Shown here piece by piece: positions 26,201-38,900 of a stretch of DNA of 64,000 bases; positions within the stretch are counted from its first letter, which is position 1, and every line of letters starts with the position of its first letter. Source of the DNA: Utricularia gibba (lineage: Eukaryota > Plantae > Magnoliophyta). Under the pieces are notes generated by a model. It was not told the DNA's origin, made no database searches, and saw only the letters and a list, made by a program, of their open reading frames with translations. Where the stretch lies: positions 2,170,001-2,234,000 of the forward strand of contig NEEC01000014.1 in NCBI GenBank assembly GCA_002189035.1. Direction: 5' to 3'. A program made the position numbers and the translations under genes.

Positions 26201-27761
26201 AGCTTGCGTTCAGAGTGGATGCTGATTTTGGGTAATGTTTTTCTATTCATCTTGCATTCAAGGCAAATTTGACAGTTTTCTTCTTTGTCATTCAGTTCTG
26301 GAACTCCCTCAACAAGTCTTTTCTTTTTCAGAGACATCAGTGATCCATAATGATGATGACCGAGCCGCTGATGCCAACGCTTTGAGTTTTCGGTCACCTT
26401 GAGACAAATATCGCTGTTGGGATAAGAATCGGTGAGCACCAGGGGAAACACACGGTTGATCATCTGGGCAGTGAGCAGTATGTTGTCATGGGCATCTTTT
26501 ATAGTGCACATGTTACATTCTTGATGCACTTTGAAGCCTTTCTCTACCAGTTGACCCGTGCTTAGCAGGTTGTGAGATATAAGTGGGACCAGGTACACAT
26601 CTGAGATCTTCACAAGCCTTTGCTCTGTTTCGATGCACACAGTTCCCACTCCAGTGACAGGTATCAACTTTTCGTCCGCAATCTCTATGAACTTATCAGA
26701 TAGTGCTGATATACTGGAGAATATAATTTCATTGTGGGTTAGATGGTGATTGCAGCCACTATCAATGAGCCATATCTCGTGTTTTCGCATATCATTGAAT
26801 GAAGTGATTAGGTTATTTTGACACAAGGGGTAAAGATCTACTCTCTTCTTATTTCCCTCTGAAGCAAGTGATACATCATTCACTGATTTAGATAACTTAT
26901 CAACAAACTCAGCAGTCTTCCCGCCCAGCTGGTGATACTTCTTCAAGGGGCAAACACGGTCTACATGACCCTTAAGGGAGCAATAGCAGCAATTTGAGTC
27001 CGGGTTCCAGTAACATTGTGCTGGTGAATGCCCCTTCCGTTTACAGTAAGTGCAAAGGGTTCCATCTCCGTTCTTCTCAGATTTAACGATGACAAATGAG
27101 GGAGCTTGTGAGGTTTCAGTTGAGAGGTCCTTCCAGGGGGAACGGTTTTCATGAGCTTTGAAGGCCACTTCAGAGACTTCCAAATGAGATGGTTTGACCT
27201 CCACTCCCTTCAGTCCTTGGAGGAGTTGCTTGGAACTCATGGAGTGGATGCGACCATCGAATTTAAATGGGGCCAGAGCATATTCAAACTGTGGAGGTAC
27301 GACGCTAATAATCTTTGCACATAGTCTGCTGTCTTCAATTTTTTCCCCTAAGCGTTCAAGTCCAGAGACAACTTTTGTTAGTTCTTCAGAAAAACTAGAG
27401 ATTGACTGACCTGGGAGAATCTTGAGGGTTTCATACTGCTTCCACAATTGAGATTTTTCAATTGCTGCAGTTTGTGTATCCTTCCCATATAGTGATGCTA
27501 GTGTATCCCACGTATGTTTTGGTGTTGTACAGTTCATGATAAGATCTACGTGTCTCCTGTTATGGCACCACCGAGAATTGCCTGAGCTTGGTCTGCTTTT
27601 TCCTCCCATGCGACCTTGTCTTCATCTGTTTCACCCATATAGTTGGTTGAGACTACTTCCCACAATTTGCAGGCTCGCAGGTAGTGCATCATTTTGTTGG
27701 ACCATCGCTCATATTCACTGCCAGAGAAGGTAGGTGCAGGTTGATTGAAGTTGGAGCCCAT
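23260..27761 (-). pseudogene. Disrupted copia gag-pol polyprotein
   Basis: One-base loss in gag at about 27555, in-frame TAA at 25624-25626, extra G at about 24842, templated insertion at about 24430-24445, in-frame TAA at about 24040 (IN*KKY). Confidence 0.92.
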
Positions 27762-27852
27762 GATATCGACAAGTGTTCAAGCAAATGGAGGTTCCGGTGC
27801 AAGTTGATGGGTGATGTAGGTTCAAGTGCAGAAGGTTTGGTGGAAAACACGC

Positions 27853-27870
27853 TTCACGTCGGGTTCACCA
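27853..27870 (-). promoter_or_regulatory. Primer-binding site complementary to the 3' 18 nt of cytosolic tRNA-Trp
   Basis: Element strand TGGTGAACCCGACGTGAA directly after the 5' LTR; plus strand TTCACGTCGGGTTCACCA equals the plant tRNA-Trp(CCA) 3' end plus CCA as I recall it. Confidence 0.85.
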
Positions 27871-28321
27871 TGTTGAGAGCTCGAACAATGTTGATGAATT
27901 GAGAAGGAGGACTTTGGAGAGTATTTTGGAAAGCTTGTGAACACGTTGTTGTGGGGTTTTTTTGCATACATTCAGGAGTGCAGGAACATGTATTTGTAGA
28001 GAGTAAACTAGCCGTTGTCCTGTCGTTTAGTTGCTGCCAGACATCTTCTCCATATGGCTTCTTGGGCATGTCTTGTTTCACATGGGTCGTTGGGCTGGTT
28101 TGCAACATAGATGGGTTTCGACACTGGCTTCTTAACACTTCTGGACTCTTGAGTCAAGAACCTGGGGTCTATCTTATCTTCGGCCTCGTCTCCTTCACTC
28201 AGCAAGCGCTCCTCTTCCTGTTCTCCTTTCTCTCGCGACATCATCAATCCATCTCGTAATTCATCGGCTTGGCACTCTGTAATCTTCGACCGCTTCTTTT
28301 CTTATCCATCATTCACCAACA
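27871..28321 (-). repeat. 5' LTR of the copia element (451 bp)
   Basis: Pairs with 22756-23207; adjacent to the PBS. Confidence 0.95.
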
Positions 28322-28789
28322 GGGCCTTGAAGAGGCTCATTTCATCGCGTTGAACAGCTCAGACTGCTTCGACACACGATTGAGTGTAGTCTGAGAATGA
28401 TTTCAGGCTGTTTGGTATTCTTTTTGACTTGAGATTCGTAAACTGTGTCTGTCGCTTCAGGGTCGGCCTGCCTGGGGCTTGCTCTGTCTCTTTGTAAGGC
28501 TCGTTAATTCAATTAATTTATTGCCCGAAGTGTTGAAAAATGAGGATGCATCATCGTCAGAGTATGTTGCATTACAGCGTCATACTTCAAGGAGGCTAAT
28601 AGAGCAGTTTTTCATACTCCCGCCGTCGTCTTAATCGGTTTCCGGACGTAAAAATGGGAGGCGTTCTCCTTGTCCCCACCCCGGTATGCTGTTTATATTA
28701 ATCTTCTTTTTTAACTACAAAGTTTGACTCTGTGGACTCATTCGATCCTATCACGTCTCCTTATCTTCTAAGCGGAAACCAGCGAAAAA

Positions 28790-30704
28790 ATGGGCATCGC
28801 AGTCGCCAGATTACGTATCGTCTTCCTCCAGTTCATAATCGCCCAGCTTTTGAACCCAGCACAGTCCAGCGCTCAACATTTCGTGATCGAAGAAGCCTCC
28901 ATTGCAGCCGTACATCGCGCGTTCGCACAGGACGAGCTCACTTCTCGGCAACTCGTCGAGTACTATCTGGATCGCATCGAAACCCTCAATCCGAGACTAC
29001 GCGCCGTCGTCGAAGTAAACCCCGACGCCCTAGATCAAGCGGACATTGCCGACGACGAACGACGGAGACTCAAAGAAGGTAAGGCTCTCCGCAACTCATC
29101 ATTCCTCCACGGTATTCCTGTTCTTCTCAAGGACTCCATTGCCACGAAAGACAAGCTCAATACGTCCGCTGGGTCCTGCGCGCTTGTTGGGGCGGTGCCC
29201 CCGCGCGATGCACATGTTGTAGCGCGGCTGAGGCGCGCCGGCGCCGTCATTCTGGGGAAGGCCAGTATGAGCGAATGGTACGGTATACGGTCTTTGGCTG
29301 CAGTACCGGCTGGTTGGTGCGCTAGAAGCGGCGTAGGCATTGTTAGTCATCCTTTTCACTCTTACAGATAGCCTGTAACAACTACTGCATGCCTTATTCC
29401 TGACTTTTCCTTTTGGTGAAGAACCCTTACCTAAAAGGAGGGAGTCCGTGTGGTTCGAGCAGTGGATCCGCGATATCGGTAGCAGCAAACATGGCCATGG
29501 TGTCATTAGGGTCCGAAACGCAGGGATCACTTATCTGTCCTGGAAGCCATAACTCAGTCGTATCGATCAAACCCACAGTTGGGCTCGTCAGCAGAGCTGG
29601 TGTAATTCCGATTACACACCGCCAAGATACTGTAGGGTGAGGGGTAAATGTTGAATTGGATCTGCTCTTGCTGTTGTTACCTTCGATCCAGATTGCAATG
29701 TTTTGCACAGGCCAATGGCACGGACGGTGGCCGATGCCGTACACCTGTTGGATCACATTGTTGGCTACGATGAGATGGATCATGAAGCAACAAGTCAAGC
29801 AGCTGCATTCATCCCTGCAGATGGCTATACCAAGTTCCTTGATGAGAATGGACTCAAAGGGAAGAGACTGGGTGTTGTGAGAAATCCATTTCTAGAGCTT
29901 CTTAATATTTCCACGAGTGCTACAGCGTTGGATTCTCATCTGCAAATAATGAGGTAAAGGAGTTGGAAATCTGCCAACCTCTCCATTGAGATAATATAAT
30001 ATGCGTCAGATATCTGAAAGCTTATGAACGGATCTGAAGGGAGAAGGAGGCGATCATCATCGATGATTTAGAGATATCAAACATTGATGTCGTTCTAGAT
30101 CCCTTTCAAAGTGGTCAGGTGGAGGCTGTGTTGGCTGAGTTCAAGCTCAACTTGAACAACTACCTGAAAGAACTAACATCATCACCTGTGAGGTCTTTAT
30201 CCGACATCATAATCTTCAACCAAAACCATCCTGTGCTGGTAACCTTTCAATTCTAGTTAAGCTTTCTTTCTGATTTCCATGATCACTGGAACAATCCAAG
30301 GAAATGGGATTTTGCAGGAAATGACTCGAGAATATGGACAAGAGCTGTTCATTCGTTCAAATCTCACAAATGGGATCGATGATGCAGTGCAACAAGCCAT
30401 TGAGAACCTTAACACACTTTCTGAGCAAGGTTTTGAGAAGTTAATGTCAGACTACGGCTTGGATGCACTGGTGTCATTGGGTTCTACAATTAGTTATGCA
30501 CTATCATTCAAAGGGTTTCCTGCAATCACCGTTCCCGCTGGCTACAGCTCGGATGGCATGCCATTTGGAATCTTCTTTGGTGGGCTGAAGGGGTCAGAAC
30601 CTACACTTATTCAGATTGCATATGCCTTTGAGCAAGCCACGCAGATAAGAAAGCCTCCAACTCTCTTCCCCGGTAATGAGAGGCCAAAGTCTGATATTTG
30701 GTAA
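28790..30704 (+). CDS. Amidase-signature family protein with signal peptide, copy B, 5 exons, apparently intact
   Basis: Exons 28790-29341, 29422-29636, 29711-29953, 30040-30238, 30318-30704; same catalytic motifs as copy A. Confidence 0.93.
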
Positions 30705-33161
30705 TGCTAGAGACTGGAGACAACGGCTTGATCAACTCTCTGTTATTCTGCTGTCGTGCTCAAGCATGGTTGCCCATATTGCGAAACGTTTCAAAAACCA
30801 TACCTGATCGTATCATTCGGTGGATCTTCAAAATGCAGGCGGTGAATTTTACCGTTCATCTGATCCAAAAACTGAACATCGGACATCGGGCAGGAAAAGC
30901 TCCGGCTGAAGGAGATAGTTTGGCCGGGGAGGTACAATTCAGCGACCAGCAAACTCAGTGTTTCGTGAATCAAACCACCTTTCAGGCAGTTCCAATCCCT
31001 TTCAATTCACGATCAACCAAAAATTGTAGCCGGAGTCCAAGAGGATCCCGTGGAATTCGACCAATACTTAGAAAACCGATTGGGAGAATACCTGATCCAT
31101 AAAGCCGATGACGCTTTCGGAAAAAGCATCTCCGAAATACTTCCAAAACAAGTCACCTGCAAGTGCAAGCCAAAGAAATCACCGTTTCCGAAAACAAGGG
31201 ACGCACGGGATACCTTACCGAAACTCCTAAACAATACGTAACTTTCTCTCGGAGAGCAACCCCCCTCGGACTGCCGGAAATACAGATGGTGCTGTAACCG
31301 CCTTTCACAGCCCAAAACCGATAACCCTCCCCTTCTGATCACGAGGTTGGCCCAATAGTTTGGGCCATAAAGGTATTAAAACACACGGCCCATAATGTAA
31401 GGGCCAGGCCCAGAGTTCAGTGATCCGATCATTCTGTTTTGGAAGAATACACAGTTAATAATCACGTCTTTCTTCTCGAAAAAAACCAAATCTCTTTTGC
31501 ATTCTTCTTCTATATGCGCTCGCGTAAGAACCCAAATGAGAAGTAGCATATCACCGCGACCGTTGATATATATTCATTACGGTTGGTGGACAGTTAATAG
31601 TATAATATATTTCCAATGTCAAAGTGTCAGAGACGTGGATTCACAGGATTGGTCGACATTAAACACCGGTCGGGGCCGGAGGAGACCTCCCACCAACCCC
31701 CTTCCCTCCTTATCCGAATGTGGGCCCACCGCTTCACTTCCGATCAACCTTCACGAAATTAGGTCAAGAACCCAGCAAACCCGACCCGAATCCGGATCCC
31801 GGGTGAAGCCCCCCCAAATACCCACCCTTATCCGCTTGCGCCAAAACTCTACTATTGACTTTTTGCCAACAACTTGAGCCACTTTTTCTTTTCATTACCA
31901 GTTGCCAAATGACGTATGTAGTTTTATTTAAAAAAAAAAGGTCAAAGCATAAATTAATATTGAGGAAAATCAAAGCAGATTGATTACCTGAGGGGAGGGT
32001 TGCTTCCGGTGCAGGTTCTAATCGGATCGTCTACTGTGATTTCGAATGTTGAGTACATTGCATGAATCAATGATTCCAATTAGGGTTTGCGGTTGAGGGT
32101 TTGAAAAAGTGAAAAAGTAGTCACTATTTTCCTATTGACATTAAATAAATAAAAAAAGCGCTCCACGTCAGCACTTGACAGGAGCAGTATTCATTCATTC
32201 ATTCATTATCCTGTAATATGTTACCTAAAAGTCGGTGATGATTGGGGTAGGAAATGATTAATTAATTGATTAGTGATGGAGCAGTTGGATTGCAATAGCA
32301 TGGCATGGCATGGCATGGCATGTGATGGATGAACCAACCAGGTTCATAGCTTATTTGATTGGTAACACAATAAATTTATCAAAATATCATTCGATCAGAG
32401 ATGTTAAACTTTTATTTATAAGATAAGAGTAAGATAAATATATGTAATTATAGTAAATCCCAACTCTTAATTCTTAAACATTGTCCCTTTAAATATCTTG
32501 ATGGGAAAATATCTGCATTTGCGTGCACACGTCATCTCCCACGAATAATCCAGGTAAGCAGGGTGGGTAATCTGGGTGAGATCAGATTATTAGGGCTTGC
32601 AAGATCGGTTATCCTTTCCCATGGTGGAAATAGCGGGGCCCAGCAGGAGAAGAGAAGAGCAGGCAGTCTGTTAAGAATATGGAGGAGAAGAAGAAGGGGC
32701 GGTGTACGGGCAGCAGTGGCAGTGGTGGTTGAAAAGATATTGCAGGGTGGTGCCCGCCCAGATGGCATTGATCTTTATGGTGGAGGTGTGGGCCCGCTTC
32801 TTCTGTTCCTCCATTTTTTCATCTCTCTTGAATTAAAGCCAGCTCTGTTATGAGCGTTTTTTTTTTGGGTTTGTGTTGGTCTCCTGGGGTTGGCTTTTTT
32901 TCTTTTTTTTTTTGTTGGGACATTTTACCGAACACTTTTGTCCCATTAGTGCTTTCTTATGCAATAACAGCAATGCTCACTCAACTGATGGCCAGTCATT
33001 ACAATTATTTGAGAGCAAACAGATGATGGGTCCTTGAGGCTTGTACTAAAATTAGCTGCTACCTCTACGTGGCTCTCAGTATTCTTACCCTTTGGAACGA
33101 AAGGTTTAATCTTGGTACAAAAAGAAGAGAAAAAAAAACAGTCAGGATTTTTGAAGATGAA

Positions 33162-34023
33162 TCACTTCATCTCCAATCCTCTGAAATCCAGAACTCCAGT
33201 TTTTAATCCCAGAAAATCATACCCGGGATTTGAGCTTGCTGCAGACCCACCCAGTAGAGTTTTTCTGCAGCTGCAATCTCTGCTGTTTCGGATCCCAAGG
33301 CTGCAGGTGAAGCACGAGACTGTGTTGTCGTCTGTTTTCCTTAGTTTCTCATCTTTCTGCTCCTCGTCGTGATAATGCGGTGGGCTTATTCTCAACTCGA
33401 GGTTTAAGTCAGGGCACTTTTCGATTGCTCCGATGTTCTCTTGTTTGCTGCTGTTGCTCGTCGCGCTTTCTTCTTCCTTTTCTTTCCCATCGATGAAGTA
33501 CATCTTCTTGTCTTGAGCAGCAACCTTCGCCGCCGGTGACGACGGCTCGTTGATCGGCCGGTGGGTTGTGGGGTCGATTCCCCTGCTCAAAAGCTTTCTC
33601 CTGATATGCGTATTCCAGTAGTTTTTTATCTCATTGTCAGTTCTTCCAGGCAATCTCCCCGCGATTAACGACCACCTGACAACAAAAGGGCAGGAAATCA
33701 AATCCATCTTAACCCCATTCAAGCATTTAATCAAACATAAACCAGGCATCAATCACTCACTTGTTGCCCAAGAGGCTATGAAGCTTAATGATAACCTCAT
33801 CTTCCTCCTCCGTAAAATTCCCCCTCTTCAAATCCGGCCTCAAGTAATTAATCCATCGCAGTCTACAACTTTTCCCACAACGCAGAAGCCCGGCCGCTTT
33901 CGGCAAAGATCGCCAGCACCCCTCGCCATGGGCGCGTATATAGGCAATCAACCGATCATCTTCTTCCTTAGTCCACGCCCCTTTGTTCGTGTGAGCTTTC
34001 TCGCAACAAGGAGATCTCCCCAT
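33162..34023 (-). CDS. MYB4: R2R3-MYB subgroup 4 repressor (MYB4/MYB7/MYB32-like), 2 exons, 258 aa
   Basis: Exons 34023-33761 and 33675-33162; [25 protein letters not shown] motif [17 protein letters not shown] zinc-finger-like motif, GYDFLGL, LEMK end. Confidence 0.93.
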
Positions 34024-35926
34024 TATAGCAAACAACTTCGTATCTGCAATCTGACACTCAAATCACGCAGACCAACAAAAAAAAAACTCAAACTTTCGGT
34101 GAATGAGCTGTGTAAAGAGAAAAGAACATGCTTTTGACTGAAGGTTGGAGGTGGGTGGGGGCAGCAGTCATGCTTGTAAATGCTTCTAGATGGGATTTGG
34201 TAGAAAGAGGTCTGAGAGTGAGCCTTTAAAGAAACACTTTATAGTGAACCAGGGGTGGTGACAGAGGGATAGATATACAGAGAGAATAGAAATTTAGGTG
34301 AAGAGAGAATTGATTGTTGGTGACCTTGAGAAAGCAGGTATGAATAAGGTAGGAGTAATGCATTGATCCATCCCATCCAAACTCTGAACCACCCTCCCAT
34401 TAACAATACATCTAACTTCCACAGTGACAGGAGATTTAAATCCCCTTCCTCTCCATATTCCTTTTCCTCTTCACACCTTCCCAGATTCCTTAATGAAGTA
34501 TGTGATCATTTAATCATGTTAGGTCTCCAACATAGTCACACATTCATGTGATGCACAGGTCTCCAACTAACGAACCTCACCTCACAGACGAGAATAACAC
34601 CGTTTGGATTCCTCCTTCTCGTTCGATTCATTCTTATATATGCAAAAAAATGGGTGTTTTGAACGTATTTTTAGAAAAAAAAAAAAACGATCTTTATATC
34701 CTGGGCTGTGCGTGCCTTCTGTAAATCGTCTAGTTAACGTTCTGGGTATATTTTTCACATACCTTTTTGGTTTTGTTGTGGTGGTGGTAGTGAATGGGGT
34801 TGGTTGGGAGGGTAGATGGAGATGACTGATGAGAGGTGTTAGAATAACATATTTACAATGAAGGCGAAAACTTATACTGTATAAGAGGGTATAGTTTAGC
34901 AATCATCCACTTTGTGCGATTTTTTCTTGTGAATTTAGATTTCACGTGCACACGTTGAACTGGATTCCCAATTTCAACTAGAGGATTAGGATTAGGACTG
35001 GGAAGGAAGGGTGAGATGATACACACAGTCCATGTGGTGCACGTTTAGGGGGTGGGGGGAGTTGGCTCACCTTCATCTTCATTCCTTATCATTACAAATA
35101 AGACAGATGTGGAATTATGGGCCAACTTCACATGATCCTCTTTCCCTAACTGTACCCGGAAATAACACTGAGAAAGTGACCTGAATCCATCAATTTGCCC
35201 GACTCTTGACCTCCCATCTTCCTAATCATGAGGCTTTTGTCTTGCAAGTCGTAGCTTGAACATGCTTTTCATCCCTAACCGTCTTGTTTTTTTATTTTTC
35301 CAATGCGGTTGGAGGAGATTCATGGCCTTTAGCAGTATACGACAGATGATTTTTCTCTGCCTGTGCAGATTTGTGAAGAGGGTGACTTGTTGGTGTCTAA
35401 TGGAGGCATTATTGGTTTTCATGTAATGAACCCAGAAGCAGCAACTTGGGGTGCATTTATGCCCCTTGAGGCCTTTCATCGTCACTCCCTGTCTCGTGCA
35501 TTAACCTTGGAATGGATGGATTGGGGGATCTGGTCCTGGAAATCAGTTAGGTTGTTGGTTTAATGAATCCTGCCCTGCCCAGTAAAGGCAGATCAGTTAA
35601 GTGGGAAAGCCTGCCATCCTAGGCCTCTGAATTGATTGAAAAAAATTGAATTTTTAAAAAAACAACCCATTAAAAAAATGGAAGTTGTTCGGCGAGTACA
35701 TCGGATGCCGGCGACCTCCTTCCACTGCCTGAATGCGACCGGAGCTCTGTTGCTTCTCGCACTCCGGTTGGCAGGAGGAAGTTTTTATAATGTGTGGTTC
35801 AGCTTGAACTTTTGGACAACCACTGCAAGGCCGTGAAACCTAATCTGACTAAAGGACGTGATCGGATAATAAATAGTTATCATACTTGGAAACACAAATG
35901 CAAAAGCACGGAAGAAAAGTCCATGC

Positions 35927-38900
35927 TTAGGCATCAGTCTTCTTGGGATCAATGCAGCTGACTTGAACTGCAAGTGTTCGCTGTAGATTTGGGCAGTTGT
36001 CTTTGCCATCCCCGATTAGATTCTCCCGCTCAAATGGGATTGCGCATTGCTTCTTTCCCAAGCACGCCTGCCCCATTTCAAAGAGAAATCAACACATGGG
36101 GTTCTTTTTCAAGGAAAAAGAATGGGTTTTGTTGCTATTGGAGGAGTTTTTTTTTTTTTTTTTGGTACCTCTTCGACGACTTTATGAACTTTGGAGGAAT
36201 CACAGGTACCCCGTTGGAAATTGCCGCAGGCGCCTTGGGAATCCCCGAAGCTAGCGAAGTCAACTTTGGCGATGATCTTGTCGTCGGGGCAGATCAAATA
36301 AGCGGCTTTGATTGGGTCTACGATGGATCGGAATTTGTTATCTTTTCTTTCCCATGTTTTGACATGGGGTGGATGATACTCTGTGATTACACTGCAGATT
36401 GTGTCTCTGTTCACAGTCAAGACTTTGATTTCTTCGGGATTTCCTCCTGATTCCTCGAACACTACCATCAAATTGTCTTTAGGCTTCAGATATGATCGTG
36501 GAACATGATACCTGGAGGCCATAACAATTGATTCAGCACAAGCTCTTCTAGGGATTTGGATTGCGTTGGGTAGAATTACTCACTCTTCTTGGGTTGGTCT
36601 TCCAAGTGGAGAAAGGTATGACACCCAGTATCGCCCAATGCTTCTACCATTTATCCACACCATCCCCTTTGACATGCTAGTCATATTGAGTGCAACAGGA
36701 TCATTGCCTTCTGGGGCATCGAAATATGCCTGGGAAAAAAATGGGGTGTCATGATGTTGATATGTCAATTGTTTTTGGATTGTATTTTTCACTCGTGCTC
36801 ATTACCTTGTACCATGTAACAGGTGTGGGGGATCCTTTCAAGGAACTCCAACTGACTTTCTTAGAACCTTCATCTGTAAACAGCTGCATCTTTTCTCCTG
36901 AGACGCCCACCTCTTGACTCCATTGAGTGCGGGTGATATCAAGAGTTCCAGCCATTAATCCTTCAAGCGTGATGGCTCGAGGCCCTGCAAATCTTCTCTC
37001 CATATATGCACCACTGTTCTGTATTTCGAAAAGATGAAAGGTAACATCCAGTGCTGATTCGGTATACAGCATCTCTTGTGAAAATGTGGGATGAGTTTAC
37101 CGGTAAACCAACTGTCATTGCCAAAAGGGTGATATGATTGAGCCCAGGATTCAGTTTTATTGGCTTCTTGAAAACGTGGCTCTTTTCTATGATGCTTCCG
37201 TGCCCGAATCCTGAATATATTCATATGATGCAAGAGATTTTTATCATGAAGAAAAGCCATTACTCTGGTATCTGTTTCTTCGTGATTTACCTACGTATTC
37301 CCCATTGACGAATGCTAGCAATCCATGGCCAAGACTGGCAACCTGAAGAATTGGCTGGATGTCTGCTCGCCTTGACAGGTCACGCTGATCAAAGTTGATG
37401 CTGTAAAATCAAGGCCCCATTTGAGCGAGCATGTGAAAATGGATCATGATTGGATCCTACACGATGCTGTAAGCAAACCACTCAAAGAATCAACTATTAT
37501 TACCTGGTGCTGTACCAGGCATAATCAGAGGTATCTTGTGTGAAATCATATAGTTCCTTTGGTGCCAGGGATTTTACTGATAGATCATTTGCTGTGGGAA
37601 TGCTTTCTTGGAACATCTTCCAATCCTTGAGCTTCCCCTTCTTTGATTTAACGAAATTTCTTGAACTATGCTGCGCAACCACCTATTATGCAAGAGATAT
37701 GATTTACTGAACGACTACCCATTTGAACAAATGACAGTAAAAGTGGCACCGTTTGAGTGTTTAAAGCCACTGTTTTGCAGTCTGGGAGAATGCTAATGGA
37801 TTTTGCCGGCAGGAAGTAGTCTATGCCTCTGAATTTGATGCTTGAATCGTCTTTTGTGCTGTTGTTTGTTAAGAAAGCGACGCAGATGTCGGTACCGGAT
37901 TTCTCATAAGTTGTGATCTGAATATGCAAATTGCAGTTGTCATTTCTACCATCAATCTTCTACTCTTTGATCCTCATAAGGCATACCTCCAAATCCTGGC
38001 TGATCTTTTGCACTTTCTGGGTACCCCACAGCAATGGCTTCTTGCTCAACCTCAGTGCCCTGTGCAAATCTCTCAGGTGCCCAAATTTAGGATCCCTCTT
38101 TAAACCTGAAAAAGTTCATCCAAGCAGTTCAGCAGGCAGGTCTGAAGCCAATAGAGGAGATGAGCATCTGTTACCAAATTCATCCAGAGGAGCTTCGTCG
38201 TAGTATCGGGTTGTCACAAACGAGGAGCTCGTTCTACCAAAGTTGGTTCCACCATGGTACTGCAAGCACCAAGCATCAGATTTATGATGAATAAACAAGG
38301 CATGCATGATTCAAGCGTTCATGCACGTCATTACCATGTAGTAGTTGTTTAGAGTGCCGCTTCTGGCGAAGAATCTAGCAACAGAAAAAGCCAGATCTTC
38401 GGCGGATCTCTGGGATGGAGAGTCTCCGAAAACTCTGTACCTGCAACGATGGGCAAAAGCAGCTCGTTGAGTGATAAAACACTGCGAACAAATTAAGGGG
38501 TGGATTTCACTTACTGAGCAGTCCAATTCTCTGTCCAGAGGGAAGGCTTATTCGGTCCATTCGGGCCAGGGAATGTGTCTCCACACTGTCTTCCATTGCA
38601 AGTGCTGATCTGAAAAAATGGAATCTCACAGAGCTGTTGGCAAGAAAACATAAAAAATAACAGAGGGAATGTTGATCCTACAACTGAGTCCGGGGCATCC
38701 TTCTGCTTGCACATAACCCAGGGAACCCCGCTGTACAGTTTTACAGCCAGCTCTGCTGCCCATTTCACGTACATTTTTCCCTTATCCCTGTACGCTAGTT
38801 GCACGTTGTTGTATTCATTTTCAATCTGCAGGTTCGCTCTCATTACACTCCGGCGCTATCTGAGTGCGAGTTTGGATCGGCGGTGGCCCGTGGACATACC

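Larger units (their letters stand above)
22756..28321 (-). mobile_element. Full-length Ty1/copia LTR retrotransposon, 5566 bp, probably Ivana/Oryco-like; coding region disrupted
   Basis: TGTTG...CAACA ends, 5-bp TSD GGGCC (22751-22755, 28322-28326), paired LTRs, gag CCHC knuckle, protease WLIDSGC, integrase, RT YVDD, RNase H, in copia domain order. Confidence 0.96.
20486..28394 (+). pseudogene. 5'-truncated duplicate of the NIPA gene (exons 6-9), split by two LTR insertions
   Basis: Exon 6 part 20486-20564 has an extra T and CAG>TAG; exon 7 has a 1-nt insertion; the exon 8 donor is GT>TT; exon 9 is interrupted at 22755/28322. Confidence 0.9.
20486..30886 (+). repeat. Segmental duplication copy B, including its two nested LTR insertions
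   Basis: After removing the 1720-bp and 5566-bp inserts plus TSDs the remainder is about 3.1 kb, equal to copy A minus its two extra tandem units. Confidence 0.88.
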
